DNA of 64,000 nt from Candidatus Falkowbacteria bacterium (lineage in GTDB: Bacteria > Patescibacteriota > Patescibacteriia > Patescibacteriales > GWE2-39-37): positions 14,167 through 78,166 of the forward strand of contig JAAXUA010000001.1 of NCBI GenBank assembly GCA_013336275.1, given 5' to 3'. The translations under genes and the position numbers were made by a program. The notes under the pieces were generated by a model. That model saw only the letters and a list, made by a program, of their open reading frames with translations. It ran no database searches and was not told the origin of the DNA. Position 1 is the first letter of the stretch, and every line of letters begins with the position of its first letter. Below are positions 1 through 9,432 of this stretch, in pieces.

Positions 1-2
1 CG

Positions 3-635
<633 letters not shown>

Positions 636-654
636 CGCTAGTCCAGGCAATCGA

Positions 655-728
655 AGCCCGCATTCGTCATCGTTTTTCCTGCTTAGACGAGTACGTATGC
701 GCGATAAAAACGATGACGAATGCGGGCT
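655..728. repeat. Long hairpin element, copy 1: 23-bp perfect stem around a conserved core shared with 57469-57540
   Basis: Arms 655-677 and 706-728 are exact reverse complements. Core 674-710 (TTTTCCTGCTTAGACGAGTACGTATGCGCGATAAAAA) matches 57487-57523 at 36 of 37 positions. The outer stem sequences differ completely between copies. Confidence 0.6.
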
Positions 729-759
729 CAACCAATTTCAATTTTTAATGAATGTGCGT

Positions 760-1743
760 ATGAAAAAAGTCGGATTATTCTTCGGCGGCCTAGGCAATGA
801 AGCCGAGGTTTCGGTAGTTTCCGCCAAGAACGTCTTCGCCAATATCGACCAAGAGAAGTATGAGACGGTCTTGGTCTATTGGCACACGGATGGCGCTTTT
901 TATCGGGTCAGCGACTTCAATGAGATCGTCAGCCCGACCGAGCGCATCCGTGAGCAGGAGTTCAAGAATATCTTCGATGTCGCCTTGCCCATGACGCACG
1001 GGCGCTTCGGCGAGGATGGCGTCCTGCAAGCTTTGTTTGAGCGGCTCGGCGTACCTTATGCCGGCTGCCGCGTGCTGTCTTCAGCGCTATGCATGGACAA
1101 GGCCGTGTGCAAGACTTTTTTGTCGGGCCAGCGGATACCGCAGACCCGATTCAAGGTGATCGACTTCAGCCTGCTGACGCCCTCTGAGCTCGAGTCCAAG
1201 TTCGAGGAGGTGAAGAACAGCTTTTTTACCCCGGTGTTCGTCAAGCCGGCCAATTCCGGTTCGTCGGTCGGCATTTCCAAAGTGGATGACATGAGCGATT
1301 TGGCGCGAGCCATCGCTGAGGCGCGAAAGCACGACACCAAGATCGTGATCGAAGAGGGCTTGGTCGGCTTGAGGGAAGTCGAGGTCGGCATCCTGGGCAA
1401 TGGCCATCTGATCACTTCCTGGCCAGGCGAGCTGATCCTGCCCAAGGAATTTTATGATTACGACGAGAAGTACAAGAATAATCGTACCGAGGTCAGGATA
1501 CCGGCGCGGTTATCGATTGAGTTGGAACAGGAAATCATGGCGCTAGCGCAGATGGTTTATCGCTTGTGCGATTGCCGCGGGTTCGCCCGTATCGATTTTT
1601 TCGTCGCCAACAACAAGGTTTATCTGAACGAAATCAATACCTTGCCCGGCTTCACCCAGTTTTCCATGTACCCACTGCTTTTGATGAAGATGGGCCTCTC
1701 CTACGGGGAACTGGTCAGCCGCATCATCGACTTAGCCTACTAA
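760..1743 (+). CDS. ddl: D-alanine--D-alanine ligase (ATP-grasp)
   Basis: MKKVGLFFGGLGNEAEVS N-terminus, ATP-grasp body and C-terminal NEINTLPGFT motif. The ORF-track start at 697 lies inside the hairpin, so the start was moved to ATG 760. Confidence 0.9.
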   Translation: MKKVGLFFGGLGNEAEVSVVSAKNVFANIDQEKYETVLVYWHTDGAFYRVSDFNEIVSPTERIREQEFKNIFDVALPMTHGRFGEDGVLQALFERLGVPYAGCRVLSSALCMDKAVCKTFLSGQRIPQTRFKVIDFSLLTPSELESKFEEVKNSFFTPVFVKPANSGSSVGISKVDDMSDLARAIAEARKHDTKIVIEEGLVGLREVEVGILGNGHLITSWPGELILPKEFYDYDEKYKNNRTEVRIPARLSIELEQEIMALAQMVYRLCDCRGFARIDFFVANNKVYLNEINTLPGFTQFSMYPLLLMKMGLSYGELVSRIIDLAY

Positions 1744-1753
1744 AAAACACTTC

Positions 1754-1782
1754 AAAAAGAGCGTCTTGGGCGCTCTTTTTTT
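1754..1782 (+). terminator. Intrinsic terminator after ddl
   Basis: Stem GAGCG/CGCTC (extended by A/T pairs), 7-nt loop, then a T7 run. Confidence 0.75.
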
Positions 1783-1799
1783 GTTTTCGATAAAACCTC

Positions 1800-1828
1800 T
1801 TGACACCTCATGATTCGGGGTGTATATT
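1800..1828 (+). promoter_or_regulatory. Sigma-70-type promoter of nrtR
   Basis: TTGACA (1800-1805), 17-nt spacer, TATATT (1823-1828). It lies ~30 nt upstream of ATG 1857. Confidence 0.6.
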
Positions 1829-1847
1829 AGTGTTATATAAACACTAA
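1827..1847. promoter_or_regulatory. Candidate NrtR operator 1 (21-bp palindrome)
   Basis: TTAGTGTTATATAAACACTAA has a GT-N7-AC core with inverted TTAGTGT/ACACTAA arms. It overlaps or abuts the -10 of the nrtR promoter. Confidence 0.55.
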
Positions 1848-1856
1848 GTCAAACAA

Positions 1857-2531
1857 ATGGCCAAGCCAGCTAAATTATACCAGTTCGCCGTTATCGCCAC
1901 CGATATCACGATCTTTACCGTCGAGGACGGCGCCTTGAAGGTCCTGCTGATCAAGATGAACAAGTCTCCTTTTGAGGATTGCTGGGCCGCTCCGGGCGGC
2001 TTGATCCAGATCGACGAGTCGGTCGACCAGGCAGCCAAGCGCATCCTGGCCGAGAAGACCGGCTTGAAACAGGTCTATCTCGAACAGCTTTATACTTTCG
2101 GCGAGGTCAAACGCGATCCGTTCGGCCGCGTCGTTTCAGTGGCCTATTTCGCCTTGATTTCAAGTGACGGTCTCAAATTGGCAACTTCCGACGAGCATCG
2201 GGAGATCAGCTGGTTCAGCGTCAATGAGCTGCCCAAGCTGGCCTATGACCATAAGGCGATGATCAGGTCGGCCATCGAGCGCTTGAGAGGGAAGTTGGAA
2301 TACACCAACATCGTCTACAGCCTGCTGCCCGACGCCTTTACCTTGAGCGAGCTGCAGAGCGCCTATGAGACGATCCTCGGCCGTACGCTGGACAAGCGCA
2401 ATTTCCGCAAGAAGGTCCTTTCGTTGGGCATGATCAGGAAAACGGGCAAGCTGGATCTGGGCAAGAAGAATCGCCCGGCCGAGCTCTATTCTTTCATCGA
2501 GAAGAAGTTGAAGAATATCGAGATATTGTAG
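1857..2531 (+). CDS. nrtR: Nudix-related transcriptional regulator of NAD metabolism (Nudix fold plus C-terminal winged HTH)
   Basis: N-terminal Nudix-like domain (GGLIQIDESVDQAAKRILAEKTGL) and C-terminal wHTH region (FTLSELQSAYETILGRTLDKRNFRKKV). It heads an NAD gene cluster. Confidence 0.85.
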   Translation: MAKPAKLYQFAVIATDITIFTVEDGALKVLLIKMNKSPFEDCWAAPGGLIQIDESVDQAAKRILAEKTGLKQVYLEQLYTFGEVKRDPFGRVVSVAYFALISSDGLKLATSDEHREISWFSVNELPKLAYDHKAMIRSAIERLRGKLEYTNIVYSLLPDAFTLSELQSAYETILGRTLDKRNFRKKVLSLGMIRKTGKLDLGKKNRPAELYSFIEKKLKNIEIL

Positions 2532-2576
2532 CAGGGGAGAGATAGGGAAGCTTAAGGATATATTTTTTAAGGTGAG

Positions 2577-2597
2577 TTAGTGTAGTATTTACAATAA
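2577..2597. promoter_or_regulatory. Candidate NrtR operator 2
   Basis: TTAGTGTAGTATTTACAATAA has the same TTAGTGT-N7-ACAnTAA pattern as 1827-1847. It overlaps a possible TACAAT -10 (2590-2595) upstream of nadM. Confidence 0.5.
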
Positions 2598-2806
2598 ATC
2601 AGGGAAACAAGGCCAGTAATAGAACAAGTCATTTTTTCAAATATTAGCAAATAAGTGGTTGTAAAACAGTGGCATCCAGTAATTGACAAAAATGGTTGAA
2701 AATGCTATGGTTTGTAATCTTTTTGCATAAAAAGGGCGCTCTTTTCATCGTGAATAATTCGATTAAAAAATATCTAACTTTGGCCAAAATTTTGAAGGAG
2801 GTCGAC

Positions 2807-3898
2807 ATGTCGAAACTGATGAGGCAGAAAATCTTGGAAACGATACTTTTCATTGGCAGGTTCAGCCCGCCCCACAAAGGGCACATCAAGGCGATTCTGG
2901 GGCTCCTAGCAATGTATGACCGGGTGGTCATCGTGCTCGGGAGCTGCTACGAAGTCGGTACGCCAAGGCATCCTTTGCTCGCGATTTATCGGGAAAAGAT
3001 GCTGCTTTACAGCCTGAAGCAGGCCGGAGTGGATATGCGGCGCATCAAGATCGTCCATCTGGAGGACTTCAACAACTGGGAAGCCTGGTGGAAGAAGATC
3101 ATGACGATCTGCAAGCGTTACAGCGCCAAGCAGGTCAGTACTGGCAATGTCGAAGACATCATCGGTCCGTTGACCGAGAAAGGCTTGCTGCCGGATTGGC
3201 TCAAGCTGGTCAACTGCGAAGCTGAACTGCCGGAGCAGTACCGCTACAACTACCGCGCGACCGATTTGCGCAATGCCGTGCTCAGGGGAGATTACCGGAT
3301 GTTTCTGGAAATCGCCGCACCGGGCACGGTCGCGCTGATGGGTAACGTCGGCGGATTCGTCGGCATCAGGCAAGCGCTCGCCAACCAAGGCAAGCGGTTC
3401 GTGCCTGGCCGTCAAGCCGTCGATGCGATTATCGTCACCGAGCATCGCGGCAAGACCTGGATCATGTGCGGCTACCGCAGTCCGGAGAAGCGCAACTTCC
3501 CCGGGTGCCTGGCCATACCGGGTGGCGGTGTCTGGCAGTTCGAAAGTCCGATCGACACGACGTTGAGAGAGGTCAAGCAAGAGACCGGTTTCGAGTTCGT
3601 CATCCTTGATCGTTGCTTGGAACCGGCGCATGTCATGCTCAAAGGCATCGACGTCTTGTGCGAAATGAAGTCGCTCGGCATCTTCTCGACGCCGGACAAG
3701 GGCAAGGCGGGAGACCAAGGCGGCTCATCGCAGCCGTTCCTCTTCCGCCTGGATGTCCATCCGCGCGAGCTCCGTCCGCTGATCAAGGAATCAAGCGAGC
3801 TGTTGCAGGTCGATTTCTACCCCGAAGACTACGTCAAAAAGCAAGGCTTGGCATTCCAGCAGCTCGAAATGGTACAGAAAGCAGGTTATTGCCTGTAA
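2807..3898 (+). CDS. nadM: Bifunctional NMN adenylyltransferase (NadM type) / Nudix ADP-ribose pyrophosphatase
   Basis: GRFSPPHKGH (HxGH nucleotidyltransferase motif) and a RATDLR second motif. C-terminal Nudix box GGGVWQFESPIDTTLREVKQETGF. GGAGG lies 6 nt before ATG 2807. Confidence 0.85.
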   Translation: MSKLMRQKILETILFIGRFSPPHKGHIKAILGLLAMYDRVVIVLGSCYEVGTPRHPLLAIYREKMLLYSLKQAGVDMRRIKIVHLEDFNNWEAWWKKIMTICKRYSAKQVSTGNVEDIIGPLTEKGLLPDWLKLVNCEAELPEQYRYNYRATDLRNAVLRGDYRMFLEIAAPGTVALMGNVGGFVGIRQALANQGKRFVPGRQAVDAIIVTEHRGKTWIMCGYRSPEKRNFPGCLAIPGGGVWQFESPIDTTLREVKQETGFEFVILDRCLEPAHVMLKGIDVLCEMKSLGIFSTPDKGKAGDQGGSSQPFLFRLDVHPRELRPLIKESSELLQVDFYPEDYVKKQGLAFQQLEMVQKAGYCL

Positions 3899-3921
3899 AA
3901 CATCCGACGAGGAGGGAAAAG

Positions 3922-4647
3922 ATGAAGAAGATTTCGATTGGAAATGAAGATGCGCTTCTGGCCATCGACGTGCAGCCCACGTTCATGTCCTGCGGCGAAC
4001 TGGCAGTAAGAGACGGGCACCTGATCGTGCCGGTCATCAGACGTCTCATGGATGTCTTCGACAAAAAGAGAAGATACGCCAGCAAGGACTGGCACCCCAA
4101 GGGGCATGTCTCCTTCGCCAGTTCCTACGTCTTTACGGACACCCCGGTCATCGCAGTAGCTGACGTCAGACAATGGATCGAAACGAACGCCGCTTACCTG
4201 AGCTGCAACGCCCGGTTCAACGTCTTTGAACTGCTGCAATATCTTGCGGTCGTCGGCGAACAGCGGCTCTGGCCCGAACATGGCGTCGCTGACACACCTA
4301 CCGCCAGGTTGCATCCAGCCTTCAAAGAATCTGAGTTCAAGGCGATCATCAACAAGGGAGCCAGTCCGCTTGCCGACAGCTATAGTGCGTTCCGCGACAA
4401 TGGCGGTGAAGCAACCAAGCTTGCTGCCCTCCTCCATGCCGACGACATCAAACGCTGTTTCTTTGTCGGCCTGGCAGAGGATTTCTGCGTCGGCTGGAGC
4501 GCCCTCGACGCTGTGAAAATGGGGTTCATGGCCTACGTGATCGAGGACGCCACCCGTCCGGTTGACTGGAACGGCAGCCAAGCTGCCATCAGAAAGTCGT
4601 TCGCTGAACGCGGCGTCAAAGTCATCCAGTCGACAGATATCCTGTAA
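3922..4647 (+). CDS. pncA: Nicotinamidase (isochorismatase family)
   Basis: LLAIDVQPTF, DWHP and GLAEDFCV (catalytic Cys context). SD GAGGAGGG upstream of ATG 3922. The track start at 3613 is an upstream extension overlapping nadM. Confidence 0.85.
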   Translation: MKKISIGNEDALLAIDVQPTFMSCGELAVRDGHLIVPVIRRLMDVFDKKRRYASKDWHPKGHVSFASSYVFTDTPVIAVADVRQWIETNAAYLSCNARFNVFELLQYLAVVGEQRLWPEHGVADTPTARLHPAFKESEFKAIINKGASPLADSYSAFRDNGGEATKLAALLHADDIKRCFFVGLAEDFCVGWSALDAVKMGFMAYVIEDATRPVDWNGSQAAIRKSFAERGVKVIQSTDIL

Positions 4648-4662
4648 TCGAATTGTCGCATC

Positions 4663-4693
4663 GGCGGACGCTTGCACTAAGCAAGCGTCCGCC
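4663..4693 (+). other. Intercistronic GC hairpin
   Basis: 13-bp perfect stem GGCGGACGCTTGC/GCAAGCGTCCGCC with a 5-nt loop. No adjacent U-tract. Confidence 0.5.
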
Positions 4694-4740
4694 ACCCCAA
4701 TTTTAGAAAATTGCGATTGGAAGAATCGGTCGCAGCTTTC

Positions 4741-4765
4741 TTGCCTCGACATCGTGTCGAGGCAA
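4741..4765 (+). other. Intercistronic hairpin
   Basis: 11-bp perfect stem TTGCCTCGACA/TGTCGAGGCAA with a 3-nt loop. Confidence 0.5.
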
Positions 4766-4812
4766 AAGATCTTTACATCAACATATTTCAACAGAGAAAG
4801 GGAGGATGACCA

Positions 4813-5877
4813 ATGGGGAAACATGAATTGAGAGACAGGGTGATAGGGATGTTCCTAGGAATCGCCATCGGCGATGCGCTCGGAATGCCGTTCGAGAAGG
4901 TTTTTACCCCGGCTGAGCTATTGGCGATGCCGGACGAAGTCTTCGCTGACTATCAGGATCCGCCGCCAGGACACAAGTTCCACGACGGTAAGCTCAAGGC
5001 CGGCGAGACGACCGATGATACGCAATTGTCGCTGGTCGTAGCCGAATCCTTGATCGCCTGCGGAAGGATCGACATGGATGACATGGCACGACGTCATGTC
5101 GAGGCCATGGATGATCGGGTTTCTGGCTGGGGCAAAGGCACGTTGACGGCAGTAGAACGTCTCAAGTCAGGCGTGTCCTGGCGCGAGTCCGGTATGCCGA
5201 CTAGCGGCAATGGCGTGATGATGAAAATATCACCGTTGGCTGCGATGTTCATCTTGCAGAAACAGCCGTTCAAGAACGGTCTAGGCCCTAAGCCGCACGT
5301 CAAGGCCGCAGCCTTGGCCAGCCGGACCACTGATGGATTATTCGATTTGGCACAGATGACTCACAAGACAAGGTTGGGTGTCGAACAGGGAATAATGCAA
5401 TTCAGTCTCGCATCGCTCTGTTTCGACTGGAGGAATGGCAACGGCTTCATTACGGAGTTCTTCAAGCGCGCGATCATGCTGAGCCTGCAGGTCGAGGCCA
5501 GAAGGGAGCATTTCGATTTCGACATCGACGCCGAGCCTGATCTTTCGAGAAGGATCATCAACTTGATGTGCGAAAAGCATCACCTGAAAGACCTTGCGTT
5601 CTTGGCGGATTATTACGGCGACAAGCCATTCTACGTCTATAATTCGCTACCGCTAACTTACGCCTGCTTCCTCAAGGACCACGACAGCTTCCAGGCTGTC
5701 ATCAACGCGATCCGGGTCGGCGGCGACACCGACACCAATGCCTCAATCGTCGGGGCCTTGCTTGGAGCCAAGAACGGCACTGCGGTCTTCCCGCAAACGC
5801 TCGTCGATGGCCTCAAGGAAAAAGACAAGATTCTCGATGTTGCGGAGCGATTTTGCGACAAATTCCTGCCACTATAA
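4813..5877 (+). CDS. ADP-ribosylglycohydrolase family protein
   Basis: N-terminal GIAIGDALGMPFE and C-terminal GGDTDTNASIVGALLGA motifs of the ARH/DraG family. SD GGGAGG upstream. Confidence 0.85.
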   Translation: MGKHELRDRVIGMFLGIAIGDALGMPFEKVFTPAELLAMPDEVFADYQDPPPGHKFHDGKLKAGETTDDTQLSLVVAESLIACGRIDMDDMARRHVEAMDDRVSGWGKGTLTAVERLKSGVSWRESGMPTSGNGVMMKISPLAAMFILQKQPFKNGLGPKPHVKAAALASRTTDGLFDLAQMTHKTRLGVEQGIMQFSLASLCFDWRNGNGFITEFFKRAIMLSLQVEARREHFDFDIDAEPDLSRRIINLMCEKHHLKDLAFLADYYGDKPFYVYNSLPLTYACFLKDHDSFQAVINAIRVGGDTDTNASIVGALLGAKNGTAVFPQTLVDGLKEKDKILDVAERFCDKFLPL

Positions 5878-5898
5878 CACTGAAAAGGAGAACGAATA

Positions 5899-7455
5899 AT
5901 GTCACAGTTAAAGGCTTTGCTTACCGACCTGTATCAACTGACGATGCTTTACGGCTACTGGCTAGCCGGGCGGCACGAGGAAGAAGCGAGCTTCGACCTC
6001 TTTTTCCGCAAGCACCCCTTCGGCGGCGAGTTCACTATCTTTGCCGGCCTGGAAGATGTCATTACCTACCTCGAAGCATTCAAGTTCGACGATGATGACA
6101 TCGCCTATCTCAAGAGCGTGATGCCTCATTGGCGGCCGGAATTCTTCGACTGGCTCAAGAAGCTTGACTGCTCGAACCTCCGAGTCGACGCCATCGACGA
6201 AGGCAAGCTGGTTTTTCCCAGCGTACCCCTCCTTCGTGCCAGCGGCCACCTCGGCATCGCCCAGCTGGTCGAGACAGCATTCCTGTACATGGTCAATTTC
6301 CCGTCGCTCATCACGACTCAGGCAGCACGCCTGCGTTTGGCAGCCGGTTTCGACAAAGAATGCCTGGAATTCGGTATCCGCCGGGCTCAGGACGCGATGC
6401 GGGCCTCGAAGTATGCCTACATGGGCGGCTTCGATGGCACGAGCAACGTCCTGGCTGGCCAGCGGTACGGCATCAAGGTCAGGGGCACTCACGCCCACTC
6501 CTGGGTAATGAGCTTTACCAGCCTTGCCCAGCTGCCGAACCGTATGATGCCCGACGCGAAAGGCGAAATCCGCGATTTCGTCGAAAGCGTCGAATACTTC
6601 CGCGCCATTTATGCGGGCGAGGGACAGCAGACGAATAGCGGAGAATTAGCCGCTTTTACGCAGTATGCCATGGCTTATCCCGACACCTTTCTCGCCCTGG
6701 TTGACACATACGACACGCTGAAATCCGGCGCACCGAATTTTTCATTCGTTGCTAGGGCCTTGAACAGCTTCGGCTACAAGGCGCTTGGCGTCAGGTTGGA
6801 TTCGGGCGATTTGGCCTACCTCTCAACCAGGATCAGGGAAGTTTTCGACCAAGTGCCATGCTTGGCTGGCTGCAAGATCGTGGCCAGCAATGATCTGGAC
6901 GAAGGCAAGCTGCTGTCGTTCAAAACGCAAAAGCACGCCATCGACGCCTACGGCATCGGTACGGCCCTGGTCACTTGCGCCGACCAGCCGGCGCTCGGCG
7001 GAGTTTACAAGCTGAGCAAGATCAATGGCGACCCGCGGATGAAGTTTTCCCAAGTTCCGGAAAAGAACACTATACCCGGAGTCAAAATACCTTACCGGCT
7101 CTACGGACACGACGGCAAGCCGATCATCGACCTGATGACCGGCGAAGAAGAATCTTCGCCGCAAATCGGAGAAAAGACGCATTGCCGCCACCCGTTCAAC
7201 CCCTCCAAGCGCGCCATCGTGGTGCCTACCAGCGTTGAACCGTTGCATCGCTGCGCCTGGAATGGCTCCAGAATCCGCCCCTCGGCTTCTCTTGCTGACC
7301 GCCGGGAACTGGTTATCAGCCAGCTGCAAGGGATGCCCGAAGACATGTCGAGAACAGAAAACCCTCGGCCTTACAAAGTTGCGGTCAGCGAAAAACTCTA
7401 CCAGGAGATCCAAACGCTGCGCGATACCGAAGTACCTGTTGAAATATTGAGTTGA
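5899..7455 (+). CDS. pncB: Nicotinate phosphoribosyltransferase (long, eukaryote-like type)
   Basis: LTDLYQLTMLYGYW, FELFFR-type block and GTHAHSWVMSF. SD AAGGAG upstream. Confidence 0.9.
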   Translation: MSQLKALLTDLYQLTMLYGYWLAGRHEEEASFDLFFRKHPFGGEFTIFAGLEDVITYLEAFKFDDDDIAYLKSVMPHWRPEFFDWLKKLDCSNLRVDAIDEGKLVFPSVPLLRASGHLGIAQLVETAFLYMVNFPSLITTQAARLRLAAGFDKECLEFGIRRAQDAMRASKYAYMGGFDGTSNVLAGQRYGIKVRGTHAHSWVMSFTSLAQLPNRMMPDAKGEIRDFVESVEYFRAIYAGEGQQTNSGELAAFTQYAMAYPDTFLALVDTYDTLKSGAPNFSFVARALNSFGYKALGVRLDSGDLAYLSTRIREVFDQVPCLAGCKIVASNDLDEGKLLSFKTQKHAIDAYGIGTALVTCADQPALGGVYKLSKINGDPRMKFSQVPEKNTIPGVKIPYRLYGHDGKPIIDLMTGEEESSPQIGEKTHCRHPFNPSKRAIVVPTSVEPLHRCAWNGSRIRPSASLADRRELVISQLQGMPEDMSRTENPRPYKVAVSEKLYQEIQTLRDTEVPVEILS

Positions 7456-7475
7456 CGCCCAAGCGTCAGCATTTC

Positions 7476-7500
7476 GGCGGAGAGACCAGTTCTCTCCGCC
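7476..7500 (+). other. Intercistronic GC hairpin
   Basis: 10-bp perfect stem GGCGGAGAGA/TCTCTCCGCC with a 5-nt loop. No U-tract. Confidence 0.45.
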
Positions 7501-7589
7501 TCCTTACTGGAGCTGCCGATCGATTCGGCATTTGCAGCAAGGAGGACGACCTTTGAAATAAGAATATCGATTACAGAAAGGAGCGACCC

Positions 7590-8405
7590 ATGAAAACCAA
7601 AGGCAAGATTGTGTATTATCCTATTTTCCACGACCCCCAAAGGAACGGCTCGGAAAGGAGCGACAAAGTCAAGAAGTGGGTAGAGCAATTCCTGATCCCG
7701 GCCGGACTGGCCACGATGGACGAAAGCAAGGCTAATGCTTATCTGGTTGCGACCGGAGATGGCGGCCTCATGCGCATCGCCCACGAGAGGTATCAGCGCG
7801 GTAAGGCTATCGTCGGTATCAATTGCGGCCGCTTAGGCTTTCTCTTGAATCCGATCAGCGACATCACCGAGCTGCCGCAGTCATTCGAAGAGCTGACCCT
7901 CTTCAAGCTAAGGCTGTTCAACGTCACATTTGTTCACAGTGATTGGGGAAGGACGCACAGCGTCGTTTTCAACGATGTGGTTGTCGGACACGACGTCTCG
8001 GATTTCATCAGTTTCAAGATCAAGGGAGAGATGAGCCACTTTCCGGAGCGCAAAGTTTCCGGAACCGGGCTCGTCGTCGCCACGCCCCAAGGAACCACCG
8101 GCTACGCGCTAAAAGCGCGGGGAAGCATGGCAGTTCTGCCGCTCGAATCCAATAACTGGTTCATCGGCGGTATCGCCACCGGACCCTATCCCTGCGATGT
8201 GGTGACTCCGCAGACGATCACCATCGAGATGGAATCACGCGACCAGATCAACGGCTACGCAGACGGCAAGGGTTTCAAGGCGGAAAATATCCGTCAGCTC
8301 ATCATCGAACCATCGGAGCACTCGATAGCGCTCGGCTTTATGAGCGGTATCGACTTCCAGGCTAGACGCACCACCTTGGCCCAGCAAATCGAACGAGGCG
8401 AATGA
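7590..8405 (+). CDS. nadK: NAD kinase
   Basis: ATGDGGLMR (GGDG motif), NDVVV and TPQGTTGYALKARGS. SD AAGGAG upstream. Confidence 0.85.
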   Translation: MKTKGKIVYYPIFHDPQRNGSERSDKVKKWVEQFLIPAGLATMDESKANAYLVATGDGGLMRIAHERYQRGKAIVGINCGRLGFLLNPISDITELPQSFEELTLFKLRLFNVTFVHSDWGRTHSVVFNDVVVGHDVSDFISFKIKGEMSHFPERKVSGTGLVVATPQGTTGYALKARGSMAVLPLESNNWFIGGIATGPYPCDVVTPQTITIEMESRDQINGYADGKGFKAENIRQLIIEPSEHSIALGFMSGIDFQARRTTLAQQIERGE

Positions 8406-8427
8406 TCACCCCAAATCGGAGGAGACA

Positions 8428-9402
8428 ATGAAGAATCTGGAAAACGTAGTCATCTTTTCTACCAAGGCATCGCTGTATTTCGCTGAACTTATCGCCATGA
8501 GGCTCGGCCTCGAAGTCGGCAGCATCGAGCATAAGGATTTCGGCGGCGTTGAACAGTACTACCGCATCGGCATGGCCAACCGCGACGACCTCATCGGCAA
8601 GACCGCTATTTTCGTGGGCAGTACACATACGGATGACCAGGTCAACGAGCTTTATCGGGTCGGCAGCGCTCTCGCGGGTTATGGAACAGTCAGGCGGATC
8701 TTCGTCATCCCGTTTCTCGGCTATTCGACCATGGAACGGGCCAAATACCCGGGAGAGGTCGTGATGGCCAAGGTCATCGCACGCCAGCTCTCGAACATCC
8801 CGAATTCCGGGATGGGCAATGTTTTCCTGATGATGGATCTGCATGTCTCCGGCTTGGTACACTACTTCGAGGGAGATTGCCAGCGGTATGAGCTCTACGC
8901 CGAGAAACAGCTGACCATCGCGATGAGCGAGCTCAAGCTGGACAACTTCATGTTCGCTTCGGCGGATCTGGGGCGGCCGGCCTGGGTAGCGACTTTTGCC
9001 AAGCTCTTTCAGACCAGCTTCGCGCTGATAGACAAGGGCAGGGAATTCGATGAGACAGAAGTCCTGGCGGTGATCGGCGATGTCCGCGGCAAGAACGTCA
9101 TCATTTACGATGACATGACGCGGAGCGCCACCACCATCATCAATGCTGCCAATGCCTATATCGAGCATGGCGCTACCGGCGTCTATGCGGTCCTGAGCCA
9201 TTGCGCCTTGAACCACCCAAACATCATCGGCCATCTGATCAACTCACCCATCAAGAAGGTGATCACGACTAATACCCATCCAATATCCCAAGAAGTGGCC
9301 CACATCAGCAAGCTCCAGAGCCCACTCGCCGGCCGGTTCCAGGTCTGCGATGTCTCAGGCGAATTCGTCAGAACCATCCAGAAAGTCTTGAACAACAACT
9401 AG
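8428..9402 (+). CDS. Ribose-phosphate pyrophosphokinase homolog, divergent
   Basis: Prs-like over its full length (PFLGY, MDLH, DKGR, DD-loop). The canonical ARQDR is STMER here, and the DDxIDTGGT ribose-5-P loop is YDDMTRSATT. Confidence 0.75.
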   Translation: MKNLENVVIFSTKASLYFAELIAMRLGLEVGSIEHKDFGGVEQYYRIGMANRDDLIGKTAIFVGSTHTDDQVNELYRVGSALAGYGTVRRIFVIPFLGYSTMERAKYPGEVVMAKVIARQLSNIPNSGMGNVFLMMDLHVSGLVHYFEGDCQRYELYAEKQLTIAMSELKLDNFMFASADLGRPAWVATFAKLFQTSFALIDKGREFDETEVLAVIGDVRGKNVIIYDDMTRSATTIINAANAYIEHGATGVYAVLSHCALNHPNIIGHLINSPIKKVITTNTHPISQEVAHISKLQSPLAGRFQVCDVSGEFVRTIQKVLNNN

Positions 9403-9432
9403 CACGACAAAACTGTTTTGAAAGGAGAGCAT

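Noticed and set aside
697-759. Upstream extensions of ORF-track starts (697, 2696, 3613, 9418, 10429, 16260, 17119, 20051, 27739, 31978, 36187, 59912)
   Set aside because: The extensions run through hairpins, terminators or the preceding gene. Internal ATG or GTG codons with SD sites or conserved family N-termini fit better, so starts were moved.
3886-4824. 312-codon minus-strand ORF antisense to pncA
   Set aside because: It lies entirely opposite a well-supported, SD-led pncA CDS in GC-rich DNA. It has no start context and no recognisable motif, as expected for a long antisense frame in GC-rich coding sequence.
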